Part shown: piece after piece, positions 36,161 through 46,643 of the stretch
How the letters are laid out: the number at the start of each line of letters is the position of its first letter
Numbering within the stretch: the stretch's first letter is position 1
Assembly: GCA_009838635.1 (NCBI GenBank)
Contig: VXRE01000161.1
Coordinates: 2,485-66,484, forward strand
Reading direction: 5' to 3'
DNA length: 64,000 bases
Origin: Acidimicrobiia bacterium
GTDB lineage: Bacteria > Actinomycetota > Acidimicrobiia > Spongiisociales > Spongiisociaceae
Notes under the pieces: generated by a model
What the model was told of the DNA's origin: nothing
Databases searched by the model: none
What the model saw: only the letters and a program-made list of their open reading frames with translations
Translations under genes and position numbers: made by a program

Positions 36161-36200
36161 TGACCACTGACCACTGACCACTGACCACTGACCACTGACC
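36161..36200 (+). repeat. Heptamer tandem array (TGACCAC)x5.7, equivalent to (CACTGAC)n
   Basis: Perfect period-7 repeat read directly from the sequence, in the pcrA-tal intergenic region. Confidence 0.95.
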
Positions 36201-36250
36201 GCGGCGATCGTATTACCGTTGGGCGGGCATGGTGAGGGAGTCACCTGCGG

Positions 36251-37411
36251 GTGACCCACACGAGATCGGGGAGGCAGGACGTGTTCGGCGGGAATGACTC
36301 GAGGCTGGCAGCTCTCGGGGTGCTGGGGCAGTCGGTATGGCTCGACTCCATCTCCAGGGAGATGCTGCGGTCCGGCGAGTTGGAGCGGTACGTAGAAGCC
36401 GGGATCAGCGGGGTCACCTCCAACCCCACGATCTTTGCCAAGGCGATCCTGTCCGGCGACTCCTACGACGCCCAGATCGACGAGTTGGTTGCCCGCGACG
36501 CCGATGTCGACGAGATCTATACGGCGGTCGTCACCCGCGACATCCGCCGGGCCTGCGACGTGATGGCGCCCACTCATCGCCGGTCCGGTGGTCTGGACGG
36601 GTTCGTGTCGGTCGAGGTGTCACCTGAGTTGGCTCACGAGGCGGAGGCCACGGTCGCGGAGGCTCGCGACTGGGTCAAGAGGGTCGACCGGCCCAACCTG
36701 CTCATCAAGATACCGGCGACCCGGGCAGGCCTTTCGGCCATCGAGGCGGCCATCGCGGAAGGCATATCGGTGAACGTCACCCTGATCTTCTCGCTGGAGC
36801 GTTACCTGGCCGTGATCGACGCCTACATGAGCGGCCTGGAGCGGTTCCGGGAGGCGGGAGGAAACCCGGCAGCCGTCAACTCGGTGGCCTCGTTCTTCGT
36901 CTCCCGCTTCGACACCGAGGTGGACAAGCGCCTCGGTGCTATCGGCACACCGCGGGCGGGCGCGCTGGCCGGCCGGACCGCGGTTGCCAACGCCCGTGTC
37001 GCCTACCTGGAGTTCCTGCGGGCATTCTCGTCCGACCGGTGGTTGCGGCTCCGCCGGCACGGGGCCAACGTGCAGAAGCCGCTCTGGGCGTCCACCTCCA
37101 CCAAGAACCCGGCCTACTCCGACACCCTGTACATCGACACCCTGGTGGCGCCCGAGACGGTCAACACCCTGCCGGAATCGGCTATCGCCGCCTACCAGGA
37201 CCATGGTCCGGACAGCCCGGAAGTGCTCGGCATCAACCAGATGGCGGACGGTGTGATGGTGCTGGAGGACCTCGAGACGGTGGGGGTCGATTACCACGAC
37301 GTGGCGGCCAAGCTGGAGCGGGACGGCGTGAGCAGTTTCGCGGCTTCCTTCCGTGAGATGGTCGACGACATCGAGCGGAAACGAGCCCTGTCCGCCGCCT
37401 CCGGTAAGTGA
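36251..37411 (+). CDS. tal: Transaldolase (actinobacterial long form)
   Basis: [13 protein letters not shown]..., [21 protein letters not shown]. Start may instead be GTG at 36281, which has a better-spaced GGGGAGG RBS. Confidence 0.85.
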   Translation: MTHTRSGRQDVFGGNDSRLAALGVLGQSVWLDSISREMLRSGELERYVEAGISGVTSNPTIFAKAILSGDSYDAQIDELVARDADVDEIYTAVVTRDIRRACDVMAPTHRRSGGLDGFVSVEVSPELAHEAEATVAEARDWVKRVDRPNLLIKIPATRAGLSAIEAAIAEGISVNVTLIFSLERYLAVIDAYMSGLERFREAGGNPAAVNSVASFFVSRFDTEVDKRLGAIGTPRAGALAGRTAVANARVAYLEFLRAFSSDRWLRLRRHGANVQKPLWASTSTKNPAYSDTLYIDTLVAPETVNTLPESAIAAYQDHGPDSPEVLGINQMADGVMVLEDLETVGVDYHDVAAKLERDGVSSFAASFREMVDDIERKRALSAASGK

Positions 37412-37821
37412 CGGGCGCCGAGCATCGCATGCCCCGACGCATCCTGGTTGCCAAGCCCGGCCTCGACGGCCATGACCGGGGCGCCAAGGTGGTGGCCAGG
37501 GCGCTTAGGGACGCGGGGAACGAGGTCATCTACTCGGGACTCCACCAGACCCCGGCCCAGATCGTGGAGGCCGCCATCCAGGAGGATGTGAACGCAATCG
37601 GCCTTTCCGCCCTCTCCGGCGCCCACATGACCCTCTTCCCGGCGGTCGTGGAGTTGCTCCGGGAGCGGGATGCGGGCGACATCGTGGTCTTCGGCGGTGG
37701 AATAGTTCCCGAACGCGATGCCGAACTGCTCAAGGAACAGGGGATCGCGGCGATCTTCACCCCCGGAACCCCCCTGGCCGAGGTGACCGGATGGGTGGAG
37801 TCCAACGTCCGTTCCCGCTGA
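37408..37821 (+). CDS. Cobalamin (B12)-binding domain protein (methylmalonyl-CoA mutase C-terminal-domain type)
   Basis: [23 protein letters not shown] (DxHxxG), [13 protein letters not shown] overlap with the tal stop. Confidence 0.8.
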   Translation: MTGAEHRMPRRILVAKPGLDGHDRGAKVVARALRDAGNEVIYSGLHQTPAQIVEAAIQEDVNAIGLSALSGAHMTLFPAVVELLRERDAGDIVVFGGGIVPERDAELLKEQGIAAIFTPGTPLAEVTGWVESNVRSR

Positions 37822-37845
37822 GCGGCAGGGATAGAATCACGGCCC

Positions 37846-38991
37846 GTGGATCTTCTCGAGTACCAGGGAAAAGAATTCTTCGGTCGGTACGGGCTTCCGG
37901 TGTCGCCCGGTTTCGTAGTTCGAGGAGTGCCCGAGGCGCGTGAGATAGCGGACCGGCTCGGTTATCCGGTGGTGGTGAAGGCCCAGGTCCACATCGGAGG
38001 CCGCGGTAAGGCCGGCGGCATCAGGTTGGCCAGGGACGCGGAAGAGGTCGCGGCGGCGGCCGAGGCCATCCTCGGCATGGACATCGGGGGCCATACGGTG
38101 GGCTGCGTGCTCGTGGAGGAAGCCGCCCGGATCGCCGCCGAGTACTACGCCAGCTTCACCCTGGACCGTTCAGCCCGCAGCTATCTGGGCATGCTGTCAT
38201 CGCGGGGCGGGGTGGACATCGAGGCAGTGGCCGAGTCGGATCCAGGCAGCATCGCCCGGATATGGGTGGATCCTCTCGATGGTCTCGGGGAAGCAGCCGC
38301 CCGGACATGGGTCCGAGACGCCCGGCTTGACGAGACCGCCGCCGACGAGCTGGTGGAGGTGCTGCTCAAGCTCTACGAGGCCTTCGTGGAGGGAGACGCC
38401 GACCTGGTCGAGATCAATCCCCTGATCCTGACGCCGGAGGGACAAGTAAGGGTCCTTGATGCGAAGGTGACCCTGGACGACAACTCGGTGTTCCGTCATC
38501 CCGAGTACCGCGCTTACGACGCCACCCAACCCAGGGATGAGCGCGAGGCGGCTGCCCATGTCCAGGGTCTCCAATACGTGGGGCTCGACGGAACGGTGGG
38601 CGTGATCGCCAACGGCGCCGGGCTGGCGATGAGCACGGTCGACGTGGTGGCCCAGGCCGGCGGCGCGGCCGCCAACTTCCTCGACATAGGCGGCGGCGCT
38701 GACGTAGAGACGATGGCCGCCGCGCTCCGGGTCATCAACAACGACCCGGCGGTCAAGGCGATATTCATCAACATCTTCGGCGGGATCGTGCAGGGAGAGG
38801 TGGTGGCCCAGGGCATCCTCGACGCGCTGGATCGGGTCGAGCTGCGAGCGCCCATAGTTCTGCGGCTGGACGGCACCAACGCCGACCAGGGCCGGGCGAT
38901 GGTGGCGCCGAGGCTCTCGGAGATGCTGATGATGGCCGATTCGATGTCCGGCGGCGCCGCCCGGGCAGTGGCGATAGCGGGGAGCAGATGA
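37846..38991 (+). CDS. sucC: Succinate--CoA ligase subunit beta
   Basis: MDLLEYQGKEFF..., ATP-grasp N-terminus, ..INIFGGIV... Confidence 0.9.
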   Translation: MDLLEYQGKEFFGRYGLPVSPGFVVRGVPEAREIADRLGYPVVVKAQVHIGGRGKAGGIRLARDAEEVAAAAEAILGMDIGGHTVGCVLVEEAARIAAEYYASFTLDRSARSYLGMLSSRGGVDIEAVAESDPGSIARIWVDPLDGLGEAAARTWVRDARLDETAADELVEVLLKLYEAFVEGDADLVEINPLILTPEGQVRVLDAKVTLDDNSVFRHPEYRAYDATQPRDEREAAAHVQGLQYVGLDGTVGVIANGAGLAMSTVDVVAQAGGAAANFLDIGGGADVETMAAALRVINNDPAVKAIFINIFGGIVQGEVVAQGILDALDRVELRAPIVLRLDGTNADQGRAMVAPRLSEMLMMADSMSGGAARAVAIAGSR

Positions 38992-39872
38992 GTATCTGGC
39001 TGGGCGAGCGCAGCCGGGTGGTCTACCAGGGGCTGACCGGCCGCGCCGGCCGCTTCCATGCCCTCCGGAACCGCGCCTACGGCACCCGGGTGGTGGCCGG
39101 CACGAACCCGTCCAAGGCCGGGGCATCGGTGGAGGGCATCCCGGTGTTCGCCACGGTCGGCGCCGCCGTCGAGGCCACGGGCGCCGACGTCTCCTGCGTG
39201 TTCGTTCCCGCCCCGTATGTAAGGGGCGCCGTGGTGGAGGCCGCCGAGGGAGGGGTGACCCTCGTGGTGGTGATAACCGAGGGTGTGCCCGCCAAGGACG
39301 AGGCCTGGCTCTACGGCAAGCTCCGACGCGACCACCCCGAGGTCCGGATGATCGGTCCCAACTGCCCCGGCCTGATCAGCCCCGGCAAGGCCAACGTCGG
39401 AATCACCGCCGGCGACATCGCCCTGCCCGGCGGCCCGGTGGGGCTGGTCAGCCGCTCCGGCACCCTGACCTACCAGGCCCTCTACGAACTGAAACAGGCC
39501 GGGATCGGGGTTACCACCTGCGTGGGGATCGGCGGTGATCCGGTACCCGGAACCTCCTTCACCGACTGCCTGGCCGCGTTCGAGGACGATCCCGAGACCG
39601 GGGCGGTGATGATGATCGGGGAGATCGGCGGCTCGGCGGAGGAGGAGGCGGCCGCCTTCATCGCCGAGCACATGGCCAAGCCGGTGGTTGCCTACATTGC
39701 CGGGATCACTGCTCCTCCCGGCAAGAAGATGGGCCATGCCGGCGCCATCGTCTCGGGCGGGAAGGGGACCGCCGCCGCCAAGATCGAGACCCTGAGCGGA
39801 GCCGGTGTGCGGGTGGGGGAGAGCCCTTCGGAGGCCGGTCGCCTCATGGTGGAAGTGGTCGCCGGTCTCTAG
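38988..39872 (+). CDS. sucD: Succinate--CoA ligase subunit alpha
   Basis: [41 protein letters not shown] overlap with sucC. Confidence 0.9.
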   Translation: MSIWLGERSRVVYQGLTGRAGRFHALRNRAYGTRVVAGTNPSKAGASVEGIPVFATVGAAVEATGADVSCVFVPAPYVRGAVVEAAEGGVTLVVVITEGVPAKDEAWLYGKLRRDHPEVRMIGPNCPGLISPGKANVGITAGDIALPGGPVGLVSRSGTLTYQALYELKQAGIGVTTCVGIGGDPVPGTSFTDCLAAFEDDPETGAVMMIGEIGGSAEEEAAAFIAEHMAKPVVAYIAGITAPPGKKMGHAGAIVSGGKGTAAAKIETLSGAGVRVGESPSEAGRLMVEVVAGL

Positions 39873-40137
39873 CCCTGATTATTCATGTCCCCAGCACACC
39901 GACCCGGATCAGCCCACTTCAACCACACCTTTTCTACAGAGGCTACATTTCACCTGCTAGGTGATACCACATCCGGCCGGACGATCGGGCTTCCAGGATG
40001 GCTATAAACCCAGGTCAGAAGACACGGAACTCCCATTCCCGTGCCCGTACAGACCCCCATCCATGAATGATTGGGGCTAATGGTCCGGACGACGGCTTGC
40101 TGAGGCCCATCCCGCAATCACCCTTCCGACCCTGCGG

Positions 40138-41676
40138 GTGGCGAGCTTGAACCGCCGCGCGCTCCTGTCGGTGTTCGACAAGTCCGGCCTGGTCGAATTC
40201 GCTACCGGCCTGGTCGATGCGGGATGGGAGTTGCTGGCGAGCGGCGGCACCGCTGCGGTCCTGGCCGGGGAGGGTCTCGATGTCATCGACCTGGCCGACC
40301 ACACCGGCTCGCCGGTCATGCTGGGCCACCGGGTGGTCACGCTCCACCCGAAGGTCCACGGAGGCATCCTGGCCGACCGATCGCACCCGGACCACAGGGC
40401 CGATATGGAACGGTACGGGATCGAGCCGATCGACCTGGTGGTGGTCAACCTCTACCCGTTCGAGGCCGAGCCCGGCGTGGAGAACATCGACATCGGCGGT
40501 CCGGCCCTGATCCGGGCGGCGGCCAAGAACCATCGCCATGTCGGGGTGGTGTGCGATCCGTCGGACTACCCGGCCGTTCTCGACGAGATCCGCTCCGGGG
40601 AGTGGCTGTCTGGACCGACGCGCGAGACGCTTGCCAGGAAGGCCTTCGCCCGCACCGCCGCCTATGACGGAACGATCGTGAGTTGGCTCGACGAACTCGA
40701 CGACGAAGCTCTCCTACCGCCGACGCTTCACCTGTCGTTGGAGCGGGCCGGGGTGCTCCGCTACGGGGAGAACCCCGATCAACCGGCCGCGAGCTACCGG
40801 CGCATCGGAAGACACGCCTCACCGGATGATGCCGAGGATTGGTGGAACGCCGTGGTCCAGCACAGCGGTGTGGCGCTGAGCTACCTCAACCTGCTGGATG
40901 CCGGAGCGGCCTGGGGCCTGGTCCACGACCTCGGCGATCGGCCGGCGGCCGCGGTCATCAAGCACGCCGGGCCGTGCGGCGCCGCCGTCGGGGAGGATCC
41001 GGCCGCCGCTTACGAGAGGGCGCTGGCCTGTGATGAGAGGGCTGCTTTCGGCGGGGTGGTGGCTCTGAACCGGCCGGTGGATCTCGATACGGCGGCGCTG
41101 ATGGACGGGGCGCCGCAAGCGGATGTCATCATCGCCCCCGCTTACGCCGAGGGGGTGGTCGAGCGCATCCGGGCCCGGCGAGCGGGCACGCGGGTCCTCG
41201 AAGCTCCGACTCCGCGGCGTTCCGGCCGGACGCTGCGGCAGATCGAAGGGGGCTGGCTGGTGCAGGCTGCATCGCCCGATTCATCGGACAGGTCGGCGTG
41301 GCGGGTGGTGAGCCGGCGCGATCCGGGCCATCTGGTGGAGGATGCCGCGTTCGCGTGGCGGGTGGCCGCGCACGTCGCCTCCAACGCCGCCGTCCTGGCA
41401 AGGAACGGCACCGCCTGGGGAATCGGTGGCGGGCAACAGGACCGGGTGGGAGCGGTAGAGATGGCGGTGGGCAAGGCGGGCGGGCGCGCCGCCGGCGGCG
41501 TATGCGCCTCGGACGGGTTCTTCCCGTTCCCGGACGGGATCGAGGCGGCCGCTACCGGAGGCGTAGAGTTGATCATCCAGCCCGGCGGCTCGGTGAACGA
41601 CCGGGCGGTCGTGGAGGCGGCCGACCGCCTCGGGTTGTCGATGATCTTCACCGGCACGCGACGATTCCGGCACTGA
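40138..41676 (+). CDS. purH: Bifunctional AICAR transformylase / IMP cyclohydrolase
   Basis: RRALLSVFDKSGLVEFA..LLASGGTA, ..VVVNLYPF.., C-terminal ..MIFTGTRRFRH. Confidence 0.9.
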   Translation: MASLNRRALLSVFDKSGLVEFATGLVDAGWELLASGGTAAVLAGEGLDVIDLADHTGSPVMLGHRVVTLHPKVHGGILADRSHPDHRADMERYGIEPIDLVVVNLYPFEAEPGVENIDIGGPALIRAAAKNHRHVGVVCDPSDYPAVLDEIRSGEWLSGPTRETLARKAFARTAAYDGTIVSWLDELDDEALLPPTLHLSLERAGVLRYGENPDQPAASYRRIGRHASPDDAEDWWNAVVQHSGVALSYLNLLDAGAAWGLVHDLGDRPAAAVIKHAGPCGAAVGEDPAAAYERALACDERAAFGGVVALNRPVDLDTAALMDGAPQADVIIAPAYAEGVVERIRARRAGTRVLEAPTPRRSGRTLRQIEGGWLVQAASPDSSDRSAWRVVSRRDPGHLVEDAAFAWRVAAHVASNAAVLARNGTAWGIGGGQQDRVGAVEMAVGKAGGRAAGGVCASDGFFPFPDGIEAAATGGVELIIQPGGSVNDRAVVEAADRLGLSMIFTGTRRFRH

Positions 41677-41689
41677 TGAGGGGAACGAG

Positions 41690-42547
41690 ATGAGCGCACA
41701 GGTCCTCGATGGCAAAGCAGTGGCGCGAGCGGTGCTGGACGAGACCGCCGAACGGGTAGCCGCCCTCAAAGACCGCGGGAAGGCGACCACGCTGGCGACC
41801 GTGCTGGTGGGGGAGGACCCCGCCTCCGCCGCCTACGTCCGTTCCAAGCGCAGGCGGGCGGCGGAAGTGGGCATCCGCTCCGTCCACCATGAACTCGGCA
41901 GTGACGTTTCCCAGGACCGGGTGGTGGGCCTGATCCGGCGCCTGAACGAGGATCCTTCCGTCGACGGGATCCTGCTCCAGCTCCCGCTCCCGGCGGGGTT
42001 GGACGACCAGAGCGCCACGATCGAGATCGATCCGGCCAAGGATGTGGACGGCCTCCATCCCACCAACCTGGGGATGATCGTTCTGGATCGTCCCGTGTTC
42101 GCCCCCTGCACGCCGAGCGGATGCCTTCGCATCCTCGAGCATTACGGCATTCCACTCCGGGGAGCGAACGTGGTGGTGGTGGGACGGTCCTTCCTGGTGG
42201 GCCGGCCCCTGGCGTTACTCATGGCGGCGCGCGGCGCCGACGCCACGGTGACGATTGCCCACTCCCGCACGAAGGACCTGGCCGGTGTTACCCGTTGGGC
42301 CGACATCCTGGTGGTGGCGGTGGGCAGGCCGGAGATGGTTACCGGCCGCTACGTCCGCGACGGAGCCGTGGTGATCGACGTCGGCATCAACCGGACCGAG
42401 TCGGGCTCGCTGGTGGGCGACGTCAAATACGACGAGGTGGCGGAGGTGGCGGCTGCCATCACGCCGGTACCGGGCGGGGTCGGTCCCATGACCGTGGCCA
42501 TGCTGATGCACAACACCGCCGTTGCTTCGGGGCTGAGGGCGGGTTAG
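41690..42547 (+). CDS. folD: Bifunctional methylenetetrahydrofolate dehydrogenase/cyclohydrolase
   Basis: LATVLVGEDPASAAYVRSK, ILLQLPLP, VVVVGRSFLVGRPLA, PVPGGVGPMTVAMLM. Confidence 0.9.
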   Translation: MSAQVLDGKAVARAVLDETAERVAALKDRGKATTLATVLVGEDPASAAYVRSKRRRAAEVGIRSVHHELGSDVSQDRVVGLIRRLNEDPSVDGILLQLPLPAGLDDQSATIEIDPAKDVDGLHPTNLGMIVLDRPVFAPCTPSGCLRILEHYGIPLRGANVVVVGRSFLVGRPLALLMAARGADATVTIAHSRTKDLAGVTRWADILVVAVGRPEMVTGRYVRDGAVVIDVGINRTESGSLVGDVKYDEVAEVAAAITPVPGGVGPMTVAMLMHNTAVASGLRAG

Positions 42548-42654
42548 CCACCGGAGAAGCATCCGGCCCCGAGCACGCCTACGGGGGGCTGCCGGTGGGA
42601 TCAGGACGGTGACGGCGTCCAGAGCCGGCTGATGGGGACAGCTCGCAGACCGCC

Positions 42655-42693
42655 CCGGCTGATTGTAAGTAAATGCTCCGGCTGATTGTAAGT
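42655..42693 (+). repeat. 16-bp perfect direct repeat CCGGCTGATTGTAAGT x2 (plus a partial third copy CCGGCTGAT at 42625-42633)
   Basis: Copies at 42655-42670 and 42678-42693. Stop-rich, low-GC sequence in the convergent folD/OSBS-like intergenic region. Confidence 0.9.
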
Positions 42694-42762
42694 TTCTCCA
42701 TTCGCTGATCGTCGACATAGTCCCCGAGCTAGGGAGGACCCACGGGCGGTCGGTGTTGCCCG

Positions 42763-43812
42763 CTAGACGGCAATACGAGCCGAGCGCTTGACGTAATCCG
42801 ATACAGGTGGGTCGCCGGTCGTGACTTCCAGGCCGTGTTCGTCGAGCGGGAACAGGCGCCCGTCCACGACCTCCCATGCTTGCGGGGACGGGTCGGCGGC
42901 GAGGAGCCATGTCGGGGGGACGAGGTCGGTATAGGAGACCGAGGGCCGGGCGGCCAGGGCCAGGGCGTGGGCCCGTCCCACCGAGGTCTCCACCAGGCCA
43001 CCGATCTTGACGTCCACACCGGCCGAGGAGAGCATGTCGATGGCCCTCAGCGTGGGTACCGGGCCCAGGATGCCCGGCTTGAGGCTCACGAGGTCGGCCG
43101 CGTCCTGCTCGATGATCCGCTCCACGGCCTCCGCGGTCGTGGCCGGCTCGTCCAGGCAGATCGGCGTCGCCATGCGCCGGCGCAACCCGGCATGGCCGTC
43201 CAGGTCGCACGCCGGCAGCGGTTGCTCCAGGTAGGCCAGTCCCAGATCGTCGAGCGCCGCCAGCGCCGGGTCGTCCGGCCGGTAACTGCCGTTGGCGTCC
43301 GCGGCGACCGTCAAGCCGGGGAACCGCTCGCGTACCGCCCGCAGGTGAACTACATCCCTCCCGGGCTCGATCTTGATCTTCACCTGCCTCGCGCCTGCTT
43401 CGATCATCCGCTCGACCCCGACGACCAACCGGTCGGGTGACTCCTGGAGGCCGATGGCCGCGCAGGCCGTCGACGGCTGACCGGACCCGTTCAGGTAGGA
43501 CCACAGCGGGATGCCATCCCGCCGGGCGGCCAGGTCTGTCCGAGCCTGCCCGAGAGCGGCGGAGGCCGTGGCAGGAATCCCGGAGCGGTCACCGTCGAAC
43601 ACGCCTCCGCCCGTCGCGGCCAGGGCTTCCCAGACATCCCCTACGGTCTCGGGCGTGTAGCCGGGATAGGGCGCCGCCTCCCCCCAGCCGGAGATCCCGT
43701 CCTCGGTGAAGCACACCAGGACGACCCGGCGTTCCGAGATGGCCGCCCGGGAGTTGGAGAAGCGGTGGTGGAGGGGGATGCCCAACTCGACCAGATGCAG
43801 TAGGCGGGACAT
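42763..43812 (-). CDS. Enolase-superfamily enzyme (o-succinylbenzoate synthase / N-acylamino-acid racemase-like)
   Basis: ..GWGEAAPYPGY.., KxK motif QVKIKIEPG, AADANGSY, LAYLEQPLP, ICLDE. Confidence 0.7.
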   Translation of the reverse strand: MSRLLHLVELGIPLHHRFSNSRAAISERRVVLVCFTEDGISGWGEAAPYPGYTPETVGDVWEALAATGGGVFDGDRSGIPATASAALGQARTDLAARRDGIPLWSYLNGSGQPSTACAAIGLQESPDRLVVGVERMIEAGARQVKIKIEPGRDVVHLRAVRERFPGLTVAADANGSYRPDDPALAALDDLGLAYLEQPLPACDLDGHAGLRRRMATPICLDEPATTAEAVERIIEQDAADLVSLKPGILGPVPTLRAIDMLSSAGVDVKIGGLVETSVGRAHALALAARPSVSYTDLVPPTWLLAADPSPQAWEVVDGRLFPLDEHGLEVTTGDPPVSDYVKRSARIAV

Positions 43813-44002
43813 GCGGGCAGGATACCGGCGACCTTCCCTCCCGAGTCACCAGACCAGTGGCCTGTCTGTGGAATGGCGGTGTGGTATGGCGTCGGCAGCG
43901 AGGGGCGCCGATGGCCGCCAGAGCACATCGGGTTGTTTCGCAGACAGACCACTAGGCTCGCGGCGGTTGGGAATAGGGGACTGAGCACAGACAGGAGTTG
44001 CC

Positions 44003-45274
44003 ATGCCGGGCCGCATCACTATGGGAGAAGCGGGGCTGGAGGTGCCCGACGAGCCGATCGTTCCCTTCATCGAGGGCGATGGGATCGGACCGGACATCTG
44101 GCGGGCCGCCAGGAAGGTGTTCGATGCCGCGGTCGAGCACGTCTACGGGGGAGGTCGCCGGATAGCCTGGCACGAGGTCTACGCCGGAGAGACATCTTTC
44201 AAGAGGAACGGCGAGTGGCTCCCGGAGGAGACGATCGAGACCTTCCAGGAATACCTCGTGGGTATCAAGGGGCCGCTCACCACCCCGGTCGGGGGCGGGA
44301 TCCGGTCCTTGAACGTCACGATCCGCCAGACCCTCGACCTGTACGCCTGCCTGCGGCCGGTTCGCTGGTACCGGGGCATTCCCTCGCCGATCCGTACCCC
44401 GCACCTCGTGGACATGGTCATCTTCCGCGAGAACACCGAGGATGTGTACGCCGGTATGGAGGTGGAGGAGGCCAGCGACGAGGCCGGCAGGCTGATCGGG
44501 TTCCTGGACGATGAGTTCGGCTGGAAGATAAAGCCCGATTCCGGCGTTGGCATCAAGCCCATATCGGACGGTGGCTCCAAACGCCTGGTGCGCGCCGCGA
44601 TCCAGTACGCCGTGATGTTCGGGCGGCGATCCGTCACCCTCGTCCACAAGGGCAACATCATGAAGTTCACCGAGGGCGCCTTCCGTAACTGGGGATACGA
44701 GGTGGCCAGGGAGGAGTTCCCCGCGGAGACCATCACCTGGGACGAGTGCGGGGGAGAGCCGGGTGACAAGATCCTGATCCAGGACGTGATCGCCGACGCC
44801 ATGCTGCAGCAGGTGCTGACCCGTCCCGCCAACTACGACGTCATCGCCACCACCAACCTGAACGGCGACTACCTGTCGGACGCGCTGGCCGCCCAGGTGG
44901 GGGGCATCGGCCTGGCGCCGGGCGGGAACATCAACTACGCCACCGGCCATGCCGTGTTCGAGGCCACCCACGGCACCGCCCCCAAGTACGCCGGTCTGGA
45001 CAAGGTCAATCCGGGCTCGGTGATCCTGTCAGGCGCCAACATGCTCCGCTACATGGGGTGGAGGGGGGCCGCCGATCTGATCGAGGCCAGCTTGGAGGCG
45101 GTGATAGGGGATCGGGTCGTCACCTACGACCTGGCCCGGCTGATGAAGTACTCCACCGAGGTGCGGACTTCCGAGTTCGCTGCCGCCCTGGTGGAGCGGA
45201 TGCCGATCATCGAACGCTACGCCGCCATGAGCGGGACCCGCCGGGCGCCGAGCCACATCCGCGCCTACATGTAG
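44003..45274 (+). CDS. icd: NADP-dependent isocitrate dehydrogenase
   Basis: [57 protein letters not shown]. Confidence 0.9.
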   Translation: MPGRITMGEAGLEVPDEPIVPFIEGDGIGPDIWRAARKVFDAAVEHVYGGGRRIAWHEVYAGETSFKRNGEWLPEETIETFQEYLVGIKGPLTTPVGGGIRSLNVTIRQTLDLYACLRPVRWYRGIPSPIRTPHLVDMVIFRENTEDVYAGMEVEEASDEAGRLIGFLDDEFGWKIKPDSGVGIKPISDGGSKRLVRAAIQYAVMFGRRSVTLVHKGNIMKFTEGAFRNWGYEVAREEFPAETITWDECGGEPGDKILIQDVIADAMLQQVLTRPANYDVIATTNLNGDYLSDALAAQVGGIGLAPGGNINYATGHAVFEATHGTAPKYAGLDKVNPGSVILSGANMLRYMGWRGAADLIEASLEAVIGDRVVTYDLARLMKYSTEVRTSEFAAALVERMPIIERYAAMSGTRRAPSHIRAYM

Positions 45275-45296
45275 ATCCGACCAGGGAGAACCGGAC

Positions 45297-46244
45297 GTGA
45301 GCCGATCGAAGAAGATCACAGTCGTAGGCGCTGGGAAGTACGGCTCCACCACTGCGCAACGGCTGGCGGCCATGGACATCGCCCACGAGGTGGTGATGAC
45401 CGACATCGTGGAGGGGCTGCCCCAGGGTCTGGCGCTGGACATGAACCAGTCGCGTCCGGTCGAGGGGTACCGCACCCGGGTGATCGGCTCCAACGGCTAC
45501 GAAGAGACGGCGGGGAGCGATGTCGGAATCATCACCGCCGGGCTGGCTCGCAAGCCGGGAATGTCCCGCATGGACCTGCTGGCGGTCAACGCCAGGATCG
45601 TCCGGCAGGTCACCAGGGAGCTGGTCGATCGGTCCCCGGATGTGACCATCATCGTGGTGACCAACCCGCTGGATCAGATGACCGTCCTGGCCGCCGACGT
45701 GAGCGGCCTCCCTCGCCACCGGGTGATGGGACAGGCCGGCGTGCTGGACTCGTCCCGCTTCGCCCATTTCATCGCCGAGCGCCTCGAGGTGGACATCCTC
45801 TCGGTCGAGGCCCTGACCCTCGGTAGCCACGGCGCGACCATGGTCCCCGTGCCGTCCCAGTGCTTCGTGGACGGGCAGCCCCTCCCGGAGATACTTGCCC
45901 AGGAGGAGATCGATGCACTGGTGGAGCGAACCCGGGGCGGCGGCGCGGAGATCGTCGGCTACCTGAAGACCGGGAGCGCGTTCTATGCCCCTTCGTCCGC
46001 GGCCGCGCTCATGGCGCGGGCGATCCTCAACGACGAGGGCAGGGTGGCGCCGGTGTGCGCCTGGCTCACCGGGGAATACGGGCTGTCGGACATCTACCTG
46101 GGTGTACCGGCCCGTCTGGGCGCCGCCGGTGTGGAGGAAGTGGTCGAACACAACCTGACCGCTACCGAACGAGCCGGTCTCCACGCCGCAGCTGAGGCGG
46201 TGCGCGACAAGATCGAGGAGATGGAAGCGATCCTGGGCGCCTGA
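45297..46244 (+). CDS. mdh: Malate dehydrogenase (LDH-like type)
   Basis: KKITVVGAGKYGSTTA, ITAGLARKPGMSRMDLL, VVTNPLD, TLGSHG. Confidence 0.9.
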   Translation: MSRSKKITVVGAGKYGSTTAQRLAAMDIAHEVVMTDIVEGLPQGLALDMNQSRPVEGYRTRVIGSNGYEETAGSDVGIITAGLARKPGMSRMDLLAVNARIVRQVTRELVDRSPDVTIIVVTNPLDQMTVLAADVSGLPRHRVMGQAGVLDSSRFAHFIAERLEVDILSVEALTLGSHGATMVPVPSQCFVDGQPLPEILAQEEIDALVERTRGGGAEIVGYLKTGSAFYAPSSAAALMARAILNDEGRVAPVCAWLTGEYGLSDIYLGVPARLGAAGVEEVVEHNLTATERAGLHAAAEAVRDKIEEMEAILGA

Positions 46245-46367
46245 GGGTCCGACGGAACTCCCGGATCGAGCCGTGGCTGCCCATGCCGACCCCGTCCTCA
46301 GCATCCTCCTATAGTCACGGTCGGCCTTGATGTCCGACCTGTACTTTCCGGCGATGAGGGAAGCAAG

Positions 46368-46643
46368 ATGAACAAACGCGATCTGGCAGATGTGGTTGCC
46401 TACGAGACCGGAACGTCCCGGAGCCGGGCTATGGCGAGCGTCAACGTGGTGTTCGAGACGATCGCCGGGGCGCTCCGGGAGGGAGCGGACGTCCGGATCA
46501 CGGGGTTCGGCACCTTCGCGGTGCGACAGCGCAAGGCTCGGACCGGTCGCAATCCTCGGACGGGTGAGGCAGTCGAGATCCCGGCCACCAGATCCCCCGC
46601 CTTCAAGCCTTCGAAAGCCCTCAAGGACCGAGTAAATAGCTAG
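46368..46643 (+). CDS. hup: HU family DNA-binding protein
   Basis: MNKRDLADVVA..., GFGTFAVRQRKARTGRNPRTGEAVEIPATRSPAFKPSKALKD. Confidence 0.9.
   Translation: MNKRDLADVVAYETGTSRSRAMASVNVVFETIAGALREGADVRITGFGTFAVRQRKARTGRNPRTGEAVEIPATRSPAFKPSKALKDRVNS

Noticed and set aside
36161-36200. Heptamer arrays (here and at 46672-46713, 52655-52689 and 54980-55039) as CRISPR arrays
   Set aside because: The period is only 7 nt, there are no spacers, and there are no cas genes. These are simple tandem repeats.
39873-40137. Possible ZTP (pfl) riboswitch in the long, lower-GC leader of purH
   Set aside because: I could not find the conserved GGGUCGUGAC...CCGCCUGGGC-type elements by eye. A covariance-model scan (Rfam RF01750) would be needed to be certain.
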